Virus record (IMG/VR): IMGVR_UViG_3300008262_000056
Length of the DNA: 64,000 bases
From: an uncultured virus (IMG/VR IMGVR_UViG_3300008262_000056)
Lineage: Duplodnaviria > Heunggongvirae > Uroviricota > Caudoviricetes
Direction: 5' to 3' (one strand)
The notes below the pieces were generated by a model, which saw nothing but the letters and a program-made list of their open reading frames with translations, was not told the origin of the DNA and did not search any database. The position numbers were made by a program, and so were the translations under genes. Positions within the stretch are counted from its first letter, which is position 1; the number at the start of each line of letters is the position of its first letter. This document shows, piece after piece, positions 9,702 to 19,758 of this stretch.

Positions 9702-10580
9702 ATGGAAGAAAAATATATTGTTTGGCATATTGAGGGTGGTTTAGGAAAAAACGTTGCTGCAACATCTTTACTAAAATCCATTAAAGAAAAATATGTCGAT
9801 AGAAAAATAATTGTTGTTGCTTCTTATCCTGACATTTTTATTAATAACCCAAATATCTACAGAGTTTATAGAGTAGGTAATACTCAATACTTTTATGATG
9901 ATTTTATAAAAGATAAAGACACTATAGTGTTTAGACATGAACCATATTATCAAACAAATCATTTTCATAAAAGAAAACATTTAATAGAAAATTGGTGTGA
10001 ATTATTAAATTTAGATTACGAAAATCAAACTCCAGATATACAATTTAATTTAGTTCAAGAAAGAATTGGTTTAAAGTGGAGACGAGAAAAACCTATATTA
10101 CTCATTCAAACCAATGGTGGTCTAATTACATCTGATCTACCTTATTCTTGGACAAGAGACATACCTTTTGATCTATCCCTACAAATTGTAGAAAAATATA
10201 AAGAGGAGTACCATATCATACAAGTTTGTAAACCATCCTCAAGAAAAATTCCTGAAGCTGAAGTGATTGATCAAGAAATGTCAAATATAGATTTATTCAC
10301 ATTACTAACTTATAGTAGTAAAAGAATTCTTATTGATTCTTGTTTACAACATGTTGCTGCGGCTTTTAATTTAGAATCGTCTGTTTTATGGATTGGTACT
10401 TCACCAAAAGTATTTGGTTATACAATTCATAATAATATAGTTGCTAACCCACCTACGGGTAATATTAAACATCCAAATTCATATCTGTTTGATTATTCAT
10501 TTGAAGGTTTGGCCTTTGAATGTCCTTATTATTCAATAAACGAAATGTTTGATGTTGATAAACTTTTAGAAAAAATATAA
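9702..10580 (+). CDS. GT9-like (heptosyltransferase-fold) glycosyltransferase
   Basis: GGLGKNVAATSLLKSIKEKY N-terminal motif and IDSCLQHVAAAF (DS-x-x-x-H-x-A-A-A). Confidence 0.7.
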   Translation: MEEKYIVWHIEGGLGKNVAATSLLKSIKEKYVDRKIIVVASYPDIFINNPNIYRVYRVGNTQYFYDDFIKDKDTIVFRHEPYYQTNHFHKRKHLIENWCELLNLDYENQTPDIQFNLVQERIGLKWRREKPILLIQTNGGLITSDLPYSWTRDIPFDLSLQIVEKYKEEYHIIQVCKPSSRKIPEAEVIDQEMSNIDLFTLLTYSSKRILIDSCLQHVAAAFNLESSVLWIGTSPKVFGYTIHNNIVANPPTGNIKHPNSYLFDYSFEGLAFECPYYSINEMFDVDKLLEKI

Positions 10581-10582
10581 AT

Positions 10583-11035
10583 ATGATTTATTGGTTTACA
10601 GGTCAACCTGGTGCGGGTAAGACCTCAATTGCTGAAGTACTAATTACAAAACTACCAAATAACACCTTTCACGTTGATGGTGATGATCTAAGAGAAATCT
10701 TTAATAACAAAGATTATAGTGAATTGGGAAGAAGAAAGAATATTGAACTTGCTCAACACATTACACATTTTCTACATAACAAAGGTAATGATGTTATTGT
10801 AAGTTTAGTTTCTCCTTACAGAGATCAGAGAGAAGAATTTAAATCAAAGTTGGGTAATGACATTATCGAGATATATGTTCATACCGAAAATTTAAGAGGA
10901 CGTGAAGACTTTCACGTTAAGAACTACGAAGAACCATTAGAAAACTTTTTAGACATGGATACTTCAGATGTAATAATTGAAACTTGTGTTAATCAAATTT
11001 TAGGATATGAAAAACTACATAGCAAAAGCAGATAA
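10583..11035 (+). CDS. cysC: Adenylyl-sulfate (APS) kinase
   Basis: IYWFTGQPGAGKT P-loop, VDGDDLR, VSLVSPYR and YEEP motifs. Confidence 0.85.
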   Translation: MIYWFTGQPGAGKTSIAEVLITKLPNNTFHVDGDDLREIFNNKDYSELGRRKNIELAQHITHFLHNKGNDVIVSLVSPYRDQREEFKSKLGNDIIEIYVHTENLRGREDFHVKNYEEPLENFLDMDTSDVIIETCVNQILGYEKLHSKSR

Positions 11036-11405
11036 GAAAACCTCATCAACAGACAGACAATACTCAATGTTTGTTGGGAGATGGCAACCATTGCATGAAG
11101 GTCATCAATGGTTATTTAATCAAGCGTTAGAGGAAGGTAAAAACGTTTTGATTTGTATTAGAGATGTAAAACCTGACGATAAAAATCCTTTTACTCCTGA
11201 TGAGGTTAAAAAGAATATTGAGGACCACTATGGTAACTTAATCACTGAAGAGCGTGTTAAGGTAATTATTATTCCCGATATAGAATCAATTAACTACGGT
11301 AGAGGTGTTGGATACGACGTAATTGAGCATGTACCACCACAAAATATTCACGACATTTCTGCGACTAAAGTAAGAGAACAAATGAAGAAAGAAGGTAAGA
11401 TATGA
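11007..11405 (+). CDS. Cytidylyltransferase-like (HxGH) nucleotidyltransferase; candidate minimal ATP sulfurylase
   Basis: GRWQPLHEGH and ISATKVRE; overlaps cysC. Confidence 0.75.
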   Translation: MKNYIAKADKKTSSTDRQYSMFVGRWQPLHEGHQWLFNQALEEGKNVLICIRDVKPDDKNPFTPDEVKKNIEDHYGNLITEERVKVIIIPDIESINYGRGVGYDVIEHVPPQNIHDISATKVREQMKKEGKI

Positions 11406-11845
11406 AAGAAAAAATAAAAAAATTCCAAATCAGATTCAATGTTAACAGTACATCTGAAATTGATCGATGGAGATTAATTACAGATGGTGATGAAAAATTG
11501 GTAAAAGATATTATTATTGATGGTCATACATATACTTCTATGGACTGGATGGAGGATATTAATCAATATAAATGGCATGTCAGTTGTGAAGGTTATGTGA
11601 CAATAACTAATAATGTTGCTTATGTTGTAACCGTGAAAGAAGATGCTGCCATGCTCAGACACATATTAAAAACAATATCCTATCGTTTTTTAGGTACTTT
11701 TACAACAATTGTGACCGCATATTCATTAGGAGTTTCTTTAGAGTTATCATCTTTATTAGGTGTTGGTGAACTTATGATAAAACCTGTTATGTATTTTTTT
11801 CACGAAAGAATTTGGTATAAATTTGTAAGAATAGGTAAAAAGTAA
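11402..11845 (+). CDS. DUF2061-like membrane domain protein
   Basis: C-terminal RHILKTISYRFLGT...YFFHERIW with a hydrophobic stretch. Confidence 0.65.
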   Translation: MKEKIKKFQIRFNVNSTSEIDRWRLITDGDEKLVKDIIIDGHTYTSMDWMEDINQYKWHVSCEGYVTITNNVAYVVTVKEDAAMLRHILKTISYRFLGTFTTIVTAYSLGVSLELSSLLGVGELMIKPVMYFFHERIWYKFVRIGKK

Positions 11846-14755
11846 TTACCTATTGTCCATATATATTATCACTTCATTATAATATTCTATGAATTCGTCA
11901 TTCCATAGATTCCATTTAATATCAAGACCATCGACTGAATAAACTTGAATATTATTGAATTGGGATAAAATATTATCTCTAAACCATCTAAACTTACATT
12001 CGTGGTAATTTGAGTCGTTTCTGAGATGAAACTCTGTTACAATTTTTGGAATTGATTTTAAAAATTCAATGTTACTTTCTTGAAAAACATCGTATTCCCC
12101 ACCTTCACAATCACACTTCAAAAAATCAATTTTATCAATTTTATATTCATCTAAAAATTCTTTGAAACTAAATGTCGGGACGTTTTCTGTCATATTATCC
12201 CAAGTGATTTCAATTTTCTTTTTATCAGTTATTGCTCCCTGAATAATTTTTACATTTTCTTGACCTACATTGTTTTTTAAAATTTTGATTTGGTGACTTA
12301 ATGGTTCGACAACATAACATTGTTTTGGTTTTTTCGGTAATATTTTATAAGTAAATGGACCTAAAGATGCACCTAAATCTACAACAATGTCACCCTCCTC
12401 AACCTCAAAAAATCTTTCATAAGTATTACCTTCAAATATTTCTTCCTCAGCTTGTTTTACATACCATTCACTTCTTCCACCCCAATCAAAATTAATTTCT
12501 TGAGTTATTTCCTTATTTGTGATTTTATTAATTTCTGAAATAACCATTTCAGAAGTAATTTGTTTTGTACATTCAAATTGACGATCAGTTCCTTTATGGT
12601 GAGGACACCAATTCCAATCACCAGCATCTAATCTTTCTGAATTAAAACATCCGTGACAAACATTTTGATTTATAACTCTATAGGTATCTAAAGTTGTTTC
12701 TGCCCACTTTGCACTAAAACCTGAAATTAAAATAACAGGAAGTTTACATGCCCAAGCCAACCAAGATAAACCTGATCCTAAACCAATAAAAAATTCACAT
12801 GTTGATAAATCATCTATAACTTCTTGTATGTTCCCACCTTTATATATTGTAACTCCTTTTGGGTAAAAATTATTCATATATCCGTCTCCTTCTTTTGAAT
12901 AAACCATACACTCATATCCTAAACCTATAAGATAATCAACAACCTCTTGCCAACCACTTTGATTATTCCAATATTTTGCTTGTGCTGTTGAATGGATCCC
13001 AATACCAACTTTTTTAACTTTTTCTACTTTTGGTAGTTTTAATTTTGGTCTAATTTCAGAATAATCTAACCCTAAAATATCTGTTGCTGTTTTTTGAAGT
13101 GGTTGTCTTCTGAAATCATTTTTATGATTATTTTTATCGTATAAACCTTCTGATGTATAATACCAACCAAGCCTGTATTGTGCATATATGTTTTCAACAA
13201 CTTTACCTGGATCAACAAACTCAATTTCAGGGTATTGGTCAATAAACAAGTCGTTCATGAAAGTTGAAACGATTAATTTGCAATTGTGTTTTTGTCTAAA
13301 AACCTCACAGTATGGAACCCAAGCCATTGTATCACCTAATGATTTTGACCCGAAAGAAATGTAAACTCTTTTGTTTGTCAGATCCAATGTATTTGTGTAA
13401 ATTAATTCGTCATTTTCTCTTATTTCTGTTTTCCATTTTACGTAATATTCTGTGTTAATTTTTACCCAATGGTTTATAGGTAGAGTATTTTCGTAAATTA
13501 AATTATCATTATCATCAAATATTTTTATATTAAATGGATTTTCACTCTGACCTAAAATTTCAACAAAAGGATTTATAACGAAATGTTGATTAACAATGTA
13601 ATCGTTTTTAATTTTTTCATTTTTTTGTTTAGGTGTATGCATTACATTTTTATAAAAATAATATAAGCTGTCCCCAAAATCATTTTGATATTCAATCGTA
13701 TAATTTGAGTCCTTATCTATTAAATCGATTAAGTTATTTTTTATTTCATTATAATCGTCACTTGATATAGGATAAATGTATTTGTCAAACATACCTACAT
13801 ACTGAGGTAAATTTCTTGTCAATATTTTTAATCCATAATTAATAGATTCTCTAATAACTAATGGATTACATTCCCAAGTTGAGTTAAACATTAAAACATC
13901 AGATGCTATCATGAAATCATCGACATCGTCTCTTTCACCCCAAACCGTCACATTACTTGGTAAGTTATTCATAATTGGACCCCAATAATCCTCAAAATTT
14001 GGTGCTTGGTTTCCAATAAAATGAAAATGAACGTTGGGATGAGATTCCTCAAATAATCTTGCAACTTCAACACCCTCTTTTTGATTTTTACCCGATGTCC
14101 ACAGACCAACGTTTAAAACATGAGTCTTCATATGATCTAAACCTATTTTATCTCTTACCTCAATTTTTTTAAGAAGAGGTACTCTATGATCATCATAATA
14201 TATTTCTAATTCATCTAAAATTGGTTTTACTTTATTTTCATATGGATACATTATGAGTTCTTTTTTAGATGGTGTGTCTTTAAAAGAAACTTGATTATGG
14301 TATGGAGTTACAAGACAATAGTAATCAGGATGTAATTTTTTATTATTAGGATCAAACCAAATGTTATGACAAGTTTCTACTACTCTCCAAGTTCTATTAT
14401 TATCATATAATTCGTTTAATAAATCTAATGGCATTTTATTAAAACTTTCAAATGCTTCAGGAATTTCTTCAGCATGTACTATATCTATTTTGTTTTCTTT
14501 TATAATACGAATCAATTCATATTTTTTTTCTTTTTCTGTTGTTCCACCAAGAGTCCAAAAATGACCAGTTTCCAATAAATCAATAATTTTATTTCTTTGC
14601 ACAACATAAGTGTCACTAAACTGAGAATACTCAACTAAAAAAATTTCAATTTGATTTTTGTATTTTTGAAGGGACTGAATTCTTTTCAAAACAAATTGTG
14701 GCATACCCCCTGTTGAAAGGTGTGGTGTAAGATATAATAATTTAATTTTTTCCAT
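11846..14755 (-). CDS. Multidomain enzyme: GT4-like glycosyltransferase + TibC/Aah-like autotransporter heptosyltransferase + FkbM-like methyltransferase
   Basis: GT-B N-terminus (HLSTGGMP, ECNPLVIRES); SLGDTMAWVPYCEVFRQKHNC, FFIGLGSGLSWLAW and CHGCFN...WCPHHKGTDRQFECTKQIT; VVDLGASLG and LKCDCEGGE. Confidence 0.8.
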   Translation of the reverse strand: MEKIKLLYLTPHLSTGGMPQFVLKRIQSLQKYKNQIEIFLVEYSQFSDTYVVQRNKIIDLLETGHFWTLGGTTEKEKKYELIRIIKENKIDIVHAEEIPEAFESFNKMPLDLLNELYDNNRTWRVVETCHNIWFDPNNKKLHPDYYCLVTPYHNQVSFKDTPSKKELIMYPYENKVKPILDELEIYYDDHRVPLLKKIEVRDKIGLDHMKTHVLNVGLWTSGKNQKEGVEVARLFEESHPNVHFHFIGNQAPNFEDYWGPIMNNLPSNVTVWGERDDVDDFMIASDVLMFNSTWECNPLVIRESINYGLKILTRNLPQYVGMFDKYIYPISSDDYNEIKNNLIDLIDKDSNYTIEYQNDFGDSLYYFYKNVMHTPKQKNEKIKNDYIVNQHFVINPFVEILGQSENPFNIKIFDDNDNLIYENTLPINHWVKINTEYYVKWKTEIRENDELIYTNTLDLTNKRVYISFGSKSLGDTMAWVPYCEVFRQKHNCKLIVSTFMNDLFIDQYPEIEFVDPGKVVENIYAQYRLGWYYTSEGLYDKNNHKNDFRRQPLQKTATDILGLDYSEIRPKLKLPKVEKVKKVGIGIHSTAQAKYWNNQSGWQEVVDYLIGLGYECMVYSKEGDGYMNNFYPKGVTIYKGGNIQEVIDDLSTCEFFIGLGSGLSWLAWACKLPVILISGFSAKWAETTLDTYRVINQNVCHGCFNSERLDAGDWNWCPHHKGTDRQFECTKQITSEMVISEINKITNKEITQEINFDWGGRSEWYVKQAEEEIFEGNTYERFFEVEEGDIVVDLGASLGPFTYKILPKKPKQCYVVEPLSHQIKILKNNVGQENVKIIQGAITDKKKIEITWDNMTENVPTFSFKEFLDEYKIDKIDFLKCDCEGGEYDVFQESNIEFLKSIPKIVTEFHLRNDSNYHECKFRWFRDNILSQFNNIQVYSVDGLDIKWNLWNDEFIEYYNEVIIYMDNR

Positions 14756-14819
14756 AGCATAAAAAATAAGTTTAGAGTTTACAAACTAAAGTATTTATAG
14801 AATAAAGATATATTTTACA

Positions 14820-15818
14820 ATGGCAACTGCAAGACCTTTTGCGTACAACACAGGATCGACAATTTCGGGAACCATACAAGTTGGTAACTTGGCAGTTGGT
14901 TACCCGACTGCAGGATTTGCGTCAACAGGTCTTGAATGGTGGAATGGTCCTGATGAAGATTTGGGTTACGTTATTGCACAACAAGTTCCTGATGATAGTC
15001 AACCAACACCAGTTGTTGGGGTTACAGCATCTGTGGGATTCTTCAGAACTAACGGATTTGATGATAATGAATTTGTAACTTTGGCAAATTTAGTGTCAAA
15101 TGCGAACTATACTAATGCGTCAAATGCCGCTATAGGGTTAACTTCTAATGGGTATTGGACATCTTATGTTCCTAATTCAAATTTAAAATTACACTTAGAT
15201 GCATCAGACCCAAATAGTTATTCAGGGGTAGGTACAACATGGTATGATTTGAGTAGTAGTGGTAATGATGTACAAATGAACAACTCAGGAAGTATTAATT
15301 GGGTTAATACGGGTGCTACATATTTTTCCACAGGATCTAATGGTTGGTTTTCAAACCCTTCAGGAATAGATTTGCCAACAGGTAACACACCTTATACTTT
15401 CATTATATGGGCTCAAATAGAATCAGGTTGGAATGCTAACGGTTTCATGAGTATTGGTCCATTTGGTATTGCTAATCAATCAAATGCATTTAGGACTGGT
15501 ATAGAAAATCAATTTATAAACTATTGGTGGGCTAATGATTTAGCCGTAGTAGGGTCACTACCTTCAACCACCTCTTGGTTTAACGCTGTTGCTAAATTTG
15601 ATGGAACAACAAGAAGTATATTAGTTAATGGTGTACTTTTAGGTTCTGACACTCCTGTAGGTCATTACGTTAGCACAAGCGAATTACAAATTGCAAAAAC
15701 ATATACTAATGAGTATTTAAATGGAAATGTTGGTGAAGTGTTAATTTATGATATCGCATTATCCGATTCAGATATATTACAATATTATAATGATACCAAA
15801 ACAAGGTTTGGTCTATAA
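14820..15818 (+). CDS. LamG/concanavalin A-like domain protein (probable virion accessory)
   Basis: LHLDASDPNSYSG..TWYDLS and GNVGEVLIYDIALSDSDILQYYN. Confidence 0.75.
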   Translation: MATARPFAYNTGSTISGTIQVGNLAVGYPTAGFASTGLEWWNGPDEDLGYVIAQQVPDDSQPTPVVGVTASVGFFRTNGFDDNEFVTLANLVSNANYTNASNAAIGLTSNGYWTSYVPNSNLKLHLDASDPNSYSGVGTTWYDLSSSGNDVQMNNSGSINWVNTGATYFSTGSNGWFSNPSGIDLPTGNTPYTFIIWAQIESGWNANGFMSIGPFGIANQSNAFRTGIENQFINYWWANDLAVVGSLPSTTSWFNAVAKFDGTTRSILVNGVLLGSDTPVGHYVSTSELQIAKTYTNEYLNGNVGEVLIYDIALSDSDILQYYNDTKTRFGL

Positions 15819-15858
15819 TTAATTTATATATTTTCATTTTTTTTGGTGTATATTTTTC

Positions 15859-16797
15859 TTGATGAAAAACATTTGTATTGATATTACACAATGCCGAGCT
15901 TTAGGAGATACTTTATGTGCCACACCTGTAGTTAGAAAAATTAGTAAAACATATAATCAAAAAGTTTCTGTAATCTCCCATCATTCAGAAATATTTTCAA
16001 ATTTACCTTATGTAGAAAATAATTATCAATATTCCCCCGAAACGTTTGATAAAATAAAAGACGAGTATGAAATGTTTCAAACTTTCGACGTTTTTTATAA
16101 GGAAAGTGGTATTTGTAACAAACATAATACAATGGACATCAGACAACTTCATGCCATTAGTTTAGGTTTTATGTTAACAAAAAAAGAAATGGAAATGGAT
16201 TATATCACTGATGACAATGTCATCTTACCTGATTTACCATTAAAATATGTTTTAATTCATCCAGTTCAAAATTGGGATTCAAGAACTTGGCCGGCAAAAA
16301 GTTGGCAAATGTTAACACAACTTTTAAATGAAAAAGGTATTTCAGTAATTTCTGTGGGTAAAGATTCTTCAGAAATGGGAGGTTCTAATGTTGATAAACC
16401 CGTATTTAATTTTCCAATAAAGCTTGGGTACAACTTAATGAATCAAACGACCTTAGATCAAACTTGGCATTTGATTAACAATAGCTCTTGTTTTGTAACT
16501 ATGGATTCAGGTCTTTTACATTTAGCAGGAACAACAGATGTTAACATAATTCAGTTGGGAAGTTCCATTGATCCTGAGTTCAGATCGCCCTATAGACAAG
16601 GTTCTCAGAATTATAAATACCACTATGTTAGAGGTGGTTGTGGATTAAATTGTGCTTCAGATATGAAATATGGTGTTAGAGAATGGGGGACAATTCAAGG
16701 AATACCATCTTTAGTTGGGTGTTTAGAAAGAAAAAAAACTTTTGAGTGCCACCCATCTGTTTTACAGGTATACCAAAAAATTTTGGAAATAGTGTAG
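15859..16797 (+). CDS. GT9-like glycosyltransferase
   Basis: ALGDTLCATPVVRKI, SRTWP and FVTMDSGLLHLAG. Start may be ATG at 15862. Confidence 0.8.
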   Translation: MMKNICIDITQCRALGDTLCATPVVRKISKTYNQKVSVISHHSEIFSNLPYVENNYQYSPETFDKIKDEYEMFQTFDVFYKESGICNKHNTMDIRQLHAISLGFMLTKKEMEMDYITDDNVILPDLPLKYVLIHPVQNWDSRTWPAKSWQMLTQLLNEKGISVISVGKDSSEMGGSNVDKPVFNFPIKLGYNLMNQTTLDQTWHLINNSSCFVTMDSGLLHLAGTTDVNIIQLGSSIDPEFRSPYRQGSQNYKYHYVRGGCGLNCASDMKYGVREWGTIQGIPSLVGCLERKKTFECHPSVLQVYQKILEIV

Positions 16798-16816
16798 TTA
16801 GGTATTTATATTATAT

Positions 16817-17119
16817 ATGCCAAATTACGTAAATATAAATTCAATCGTAGGAACACCTCCATACACAATATTTGTATGTGATCAGACTTTTACTTCTTGT
16901 TTTTTGGCTGCAGGACCAATTCCAATATCTACACCATATACTTTTATGGTACCACCACCATTAACTAATGTGACAGACATTATTGTTAAAATAATTGATA
17001 GTAACGGATGTGATACTTGGTATCCACTATCTTGTGGGACTTACTACGGAAAGGAATTCGAAGATTTTGCAATATTTTTGTTTCAGGACACAAATATATA
17101 TTTATTTGAAGGTCAGTAA
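16817..17119 (+). CDS. Small hypothetical, probably structural
   Basis: 100-aa ORF preceded by TATTTAT; GTPPYTI...IIDSNGC beta-rich pattern. Confidence 0.6.
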   Translation: MPNYVNINSIVGTPPYTIFVCDQTFTSCFLAAGPIPISTPYTFMVPPPLTNVTDIIVKIIDSNGCDTWYPLSCGTYYGKEFEDFAIFLFQDTNIYLFEGQ

Positions 17120-17130
17120 TATTTATTAGT

Positions 17131-18465
17131 ATGCCAGTTTATAATAGACTCACAGATAGATCTCAAGTTTCAGCCGTCACAGTTAACGATATTTTTCACG
17201 TTGTAGTTACAGGTGATACAAGTCAGAGCCCACAAGGTTCTTCATATTTTGCCCCAATTAGTTTTTTACAACCAATATTAAGTGGTGCTAGTGGTTCGGC
17301 AGGTACTTCAGGTACAAATGGCACAAGTGGTACTAATGGGACTAGCGGGACTTTTGGTACTTCAGGTACAAATGGCACAAGTGGTACTAATGGTACTAGT
17401 GGGACTAACGGTACAAATGGTACTAATGGTACTAGTGGGACTAACGGTACAAATGGTACAAGCGGAACTAATGGTACAAATGGTACAAATGGTACAAGCG
17501 GAACTAATGGCACAAATGGTACTAATGGAACATCAGGTACCCATGGCACATCGGCAACTAACGGTACGTCAGGTACTAATGGTACAAGTGGAACAACTCC
17601 ACCGGGTTTTACATCAGGTACTAATGGTACTAATGGTACAAACGGAACATCTGCAACTAATGGTACAAACGGAACTAATGGTACTTCAGGTACAAATGGG
17701 ACATCAGGTACCAACGGAACATCAGGGACTAATGGAACTAATGGTACTTCAGGTACATCGCCAACTTCAGCAACTACAGTCAGTACTATAGAAAACACAG
17801 GAAATACTAAATTTTATGTAACATTTGTTGATTCAAACAATACCGTTGCGCTAGCAGAAAGTTTATACACAAATGCAGGTATTAGCTTTAATCCAAGTAC
17901 TGATATTCTTGAAGTTTCTTCCGCATACCAAAGTGGTGACGGAACAGTATCCGCACCATCACATAGTTTTACTTCAGACCCAAATACGGGAATTTATAGG
18001 ATAGGTACCGATAATATCGGTGTTGCCACTGGCGGTGTAAGACGAATGAGTGTTGATAGTAGTGGTACTTTATATGTTGGTAACGGGAATGAATCTAATG
18101 GATCAAACTTCATAATTCCTTTAGGTGGGTACGTCCAAACATCTAACGCAACTCCAACAACATTAATAACTTTGGCAACATCAAACGATAATGTTTATAC
18201 GGTAGAGGCGTTTGTTGCTGGTGCAACAACATCAGGGACTGTTGGTATTGGTGGAATTATAAGTGCAACTTTTTTAAATAACGGAGGAACTGTTAATCTT
18301 ATTGGGGCAGTTCAAGGGTCAGTTCAAGAAAACATTATAGGGTCACCAACATTTACACTTCTTGGGTCGGGTAGTAATATTATTTTACAAGTTACAGGAG
18401 TTGCCTCAACTACTATTAATTGGTTCGGTAAAATTAAATATATCACAGGAAGTAGGTCAATTTAA
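17131..18465 (+). CDS. Second collagen-like (SGTNGT) fibre protein
   Basis: G-x-x repeat at ~17281-17760, followed by a fibre-like segment (APSHSFTSDPNTGIYR). Confidence 0.8.
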   Translation: MPVYNRLTDRSQVSAVTVNDIFHVVVTGDTSQSPQGSSYFAPISFLQPILSGASGSAGTSGTNGTSGTNGTSGTFGTSGTNGTSGTNGTSGTNGTNGTNGTSGTNGTNGTSGTNGTNGTNGTSGTNGTNGTNGTSGTHGTSATNGTSGTNGTSGTTPPGFTSGTNGTNGTNGTSATNGTNGTNGTSGTNGTSGTNGTSGTNGTNGTSGTSPTSATTVSTIENTGNTKFYVTFVDSNNTVALAESLYTNAGISFNPSTDILEVSSAYQSGDGTVSAPSHSFTSDPNTGIYRIGTDNIGVATGGVRRMSVDSSGTLYVGNGNESNGSNFIIPLGGYVQTSNATPTTLITLATSNDNVYTVEAFVAGATTSGTVGIGGIISATFLNNGGTVNLIGAVQGSVQENIIGSPTFTLLGSGSNIILQVTGVASTTINWFGKIKYITGSRSI

Positions 18466-18513
18466 CTTTCAGTTTTTCATTTATTTTAATCATTATTTTT
18501 TTATTTTTTCTGT

Positions 18514-19758
18514 ATGAGAATATTTGTACAGATTGCTGCTTATCGTGACCCCCAACTTATACCAACAATCAAATCTATGTTGGAGAATGCAAAAAAACCA
18601 AAAAACATTATTATTGGTATCGCAAGACAATTTAATCCTGAAGATGGTTTTGATGATTTAACTGAATATGAAAATGATGATCGTTTCCGTATTTTAAATA
18701 TCCCATACACCGAATCAAAAGGAGTGTGTTGGGCAAGACATCAAGTACAACAATTATATGGGGGTGAAGAATACACACTTCAAATCGATTCTCATATGAG
18801 GTTTGAAAAAGATTGGGACGATACTTTAATTAAAATGATTAAAAAATTACAAAAACTTGGTCATAAAAAACCTTTGTTAACGGGTTATGTTTCATCTTTT
18901 GATCCTGATAATGATCCTGAAGGTAGGGTTAATGAACCTTGGAGAATGGCATTTGATAGATTTACACCTGAAGGCGTTGTATTTTTCTTACCTGAAGTGA
19001 TTCCTGATTGGAAAAAAATTAAAGATCCAATTCCCGCAAGATTTTACTCGGCACACTTTTGTTTCACTTTAGGTCAATTCTCAACTGAAGTACAACACGA
19101 TCCTGAATTTTATTTTCACGGAGAAGAAATTTCAATTACGGTTAGAGCTTATACACATGGATATGATTTATTTCACCCAAACAAAGTTATTATTTGGCAC
19201 GAATACACTAGAAAGGGTAGAACTAAACAGTGGGATGATGATAAGGAATGGTATTTGAAAAATACTGCCTGTCATAAAAAAAATAGACAACTTCTTGGTA
19301 TAGATGGTGAAAAATATGAAGGAGATTATTATGAGTGGTTTGGTAAAGAAAGAACAATAAGAGATTATGAAAAATATGCGGGGTTGCTATTTGAGACAAG
19401 AGCAGTACAACAAGACACTATAGATAAAAAATATCCACCAAACGAGTACAATTTTGAAAATGAGAACGAATGGAAAAAAAGTTTTTCCACAATATTCAAA
19501 CACTGCATTGATTTAGATTTAAATCAAGTTCCTGAAACGGATTATGATTTTTGGGTTGTTGCCTTCCACGATCAAGAACATCAAACAATTTTTAGACAAG
19601 ATGTCGACGCAAACGAGATTATAAGAATAAAGTCAGACCCTGAAGGATACGGTAAAATATGGAGAGAGTTCAACACAACAAAGATACCATCTTATTGGGT
19701 AGTGTGGCCTCACTCAATTTCAAAAGATTGGTGTGATAGAATTGTCGGTAATTTATGA
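18514..19758 (+). CDS. GT60/GlcNAc-transferase-like glycosyltransferase (Skp1 hydroxyproline GlcNAc-transferase family)
   Basis: IFVQIAAYRDPQL, SKGVCWAR, LQIDSHMRFEKDWD and FHGEEI..RAYTHGYDLF. Confidence 0.75.
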   Translation: MRIFVQIAAYRDPQLIPTIKSMLENAKKPKNIIIGIARQFNPEDGFDDLTEYENDDRFRILNIPYTESKGVCWARHQVQQLYGGEEYTLQIDSHMRFEKDWDDTLIKMIKKLQKLGHKKPLLTGYVSSFDPDNDPEGRVNEPWRMAFDRFTPEGVVFFLPEVIPDWKKIKDPIPARFYSAHFCFTLGQFSTEVQHDPEFYFHGEEISITVRAYTHGYDLFHPNKVIIWHEYTRKGRTKQWDDDKEWYLKNTACHKKNRQLLGIDGEKYEGDYYEWFGKERTIRDYEKYAGLLFETRAVQQDTIDKKYPPNEYNFENENEWKKSFSTIFKHCIDLDLNQVPETDYDFWVVAFHDQEHQTIFRQDVDANEIIRIKSDPEGYGKIWREFNTTKIPSYWVVWPHSISKDWCDRIVGNL

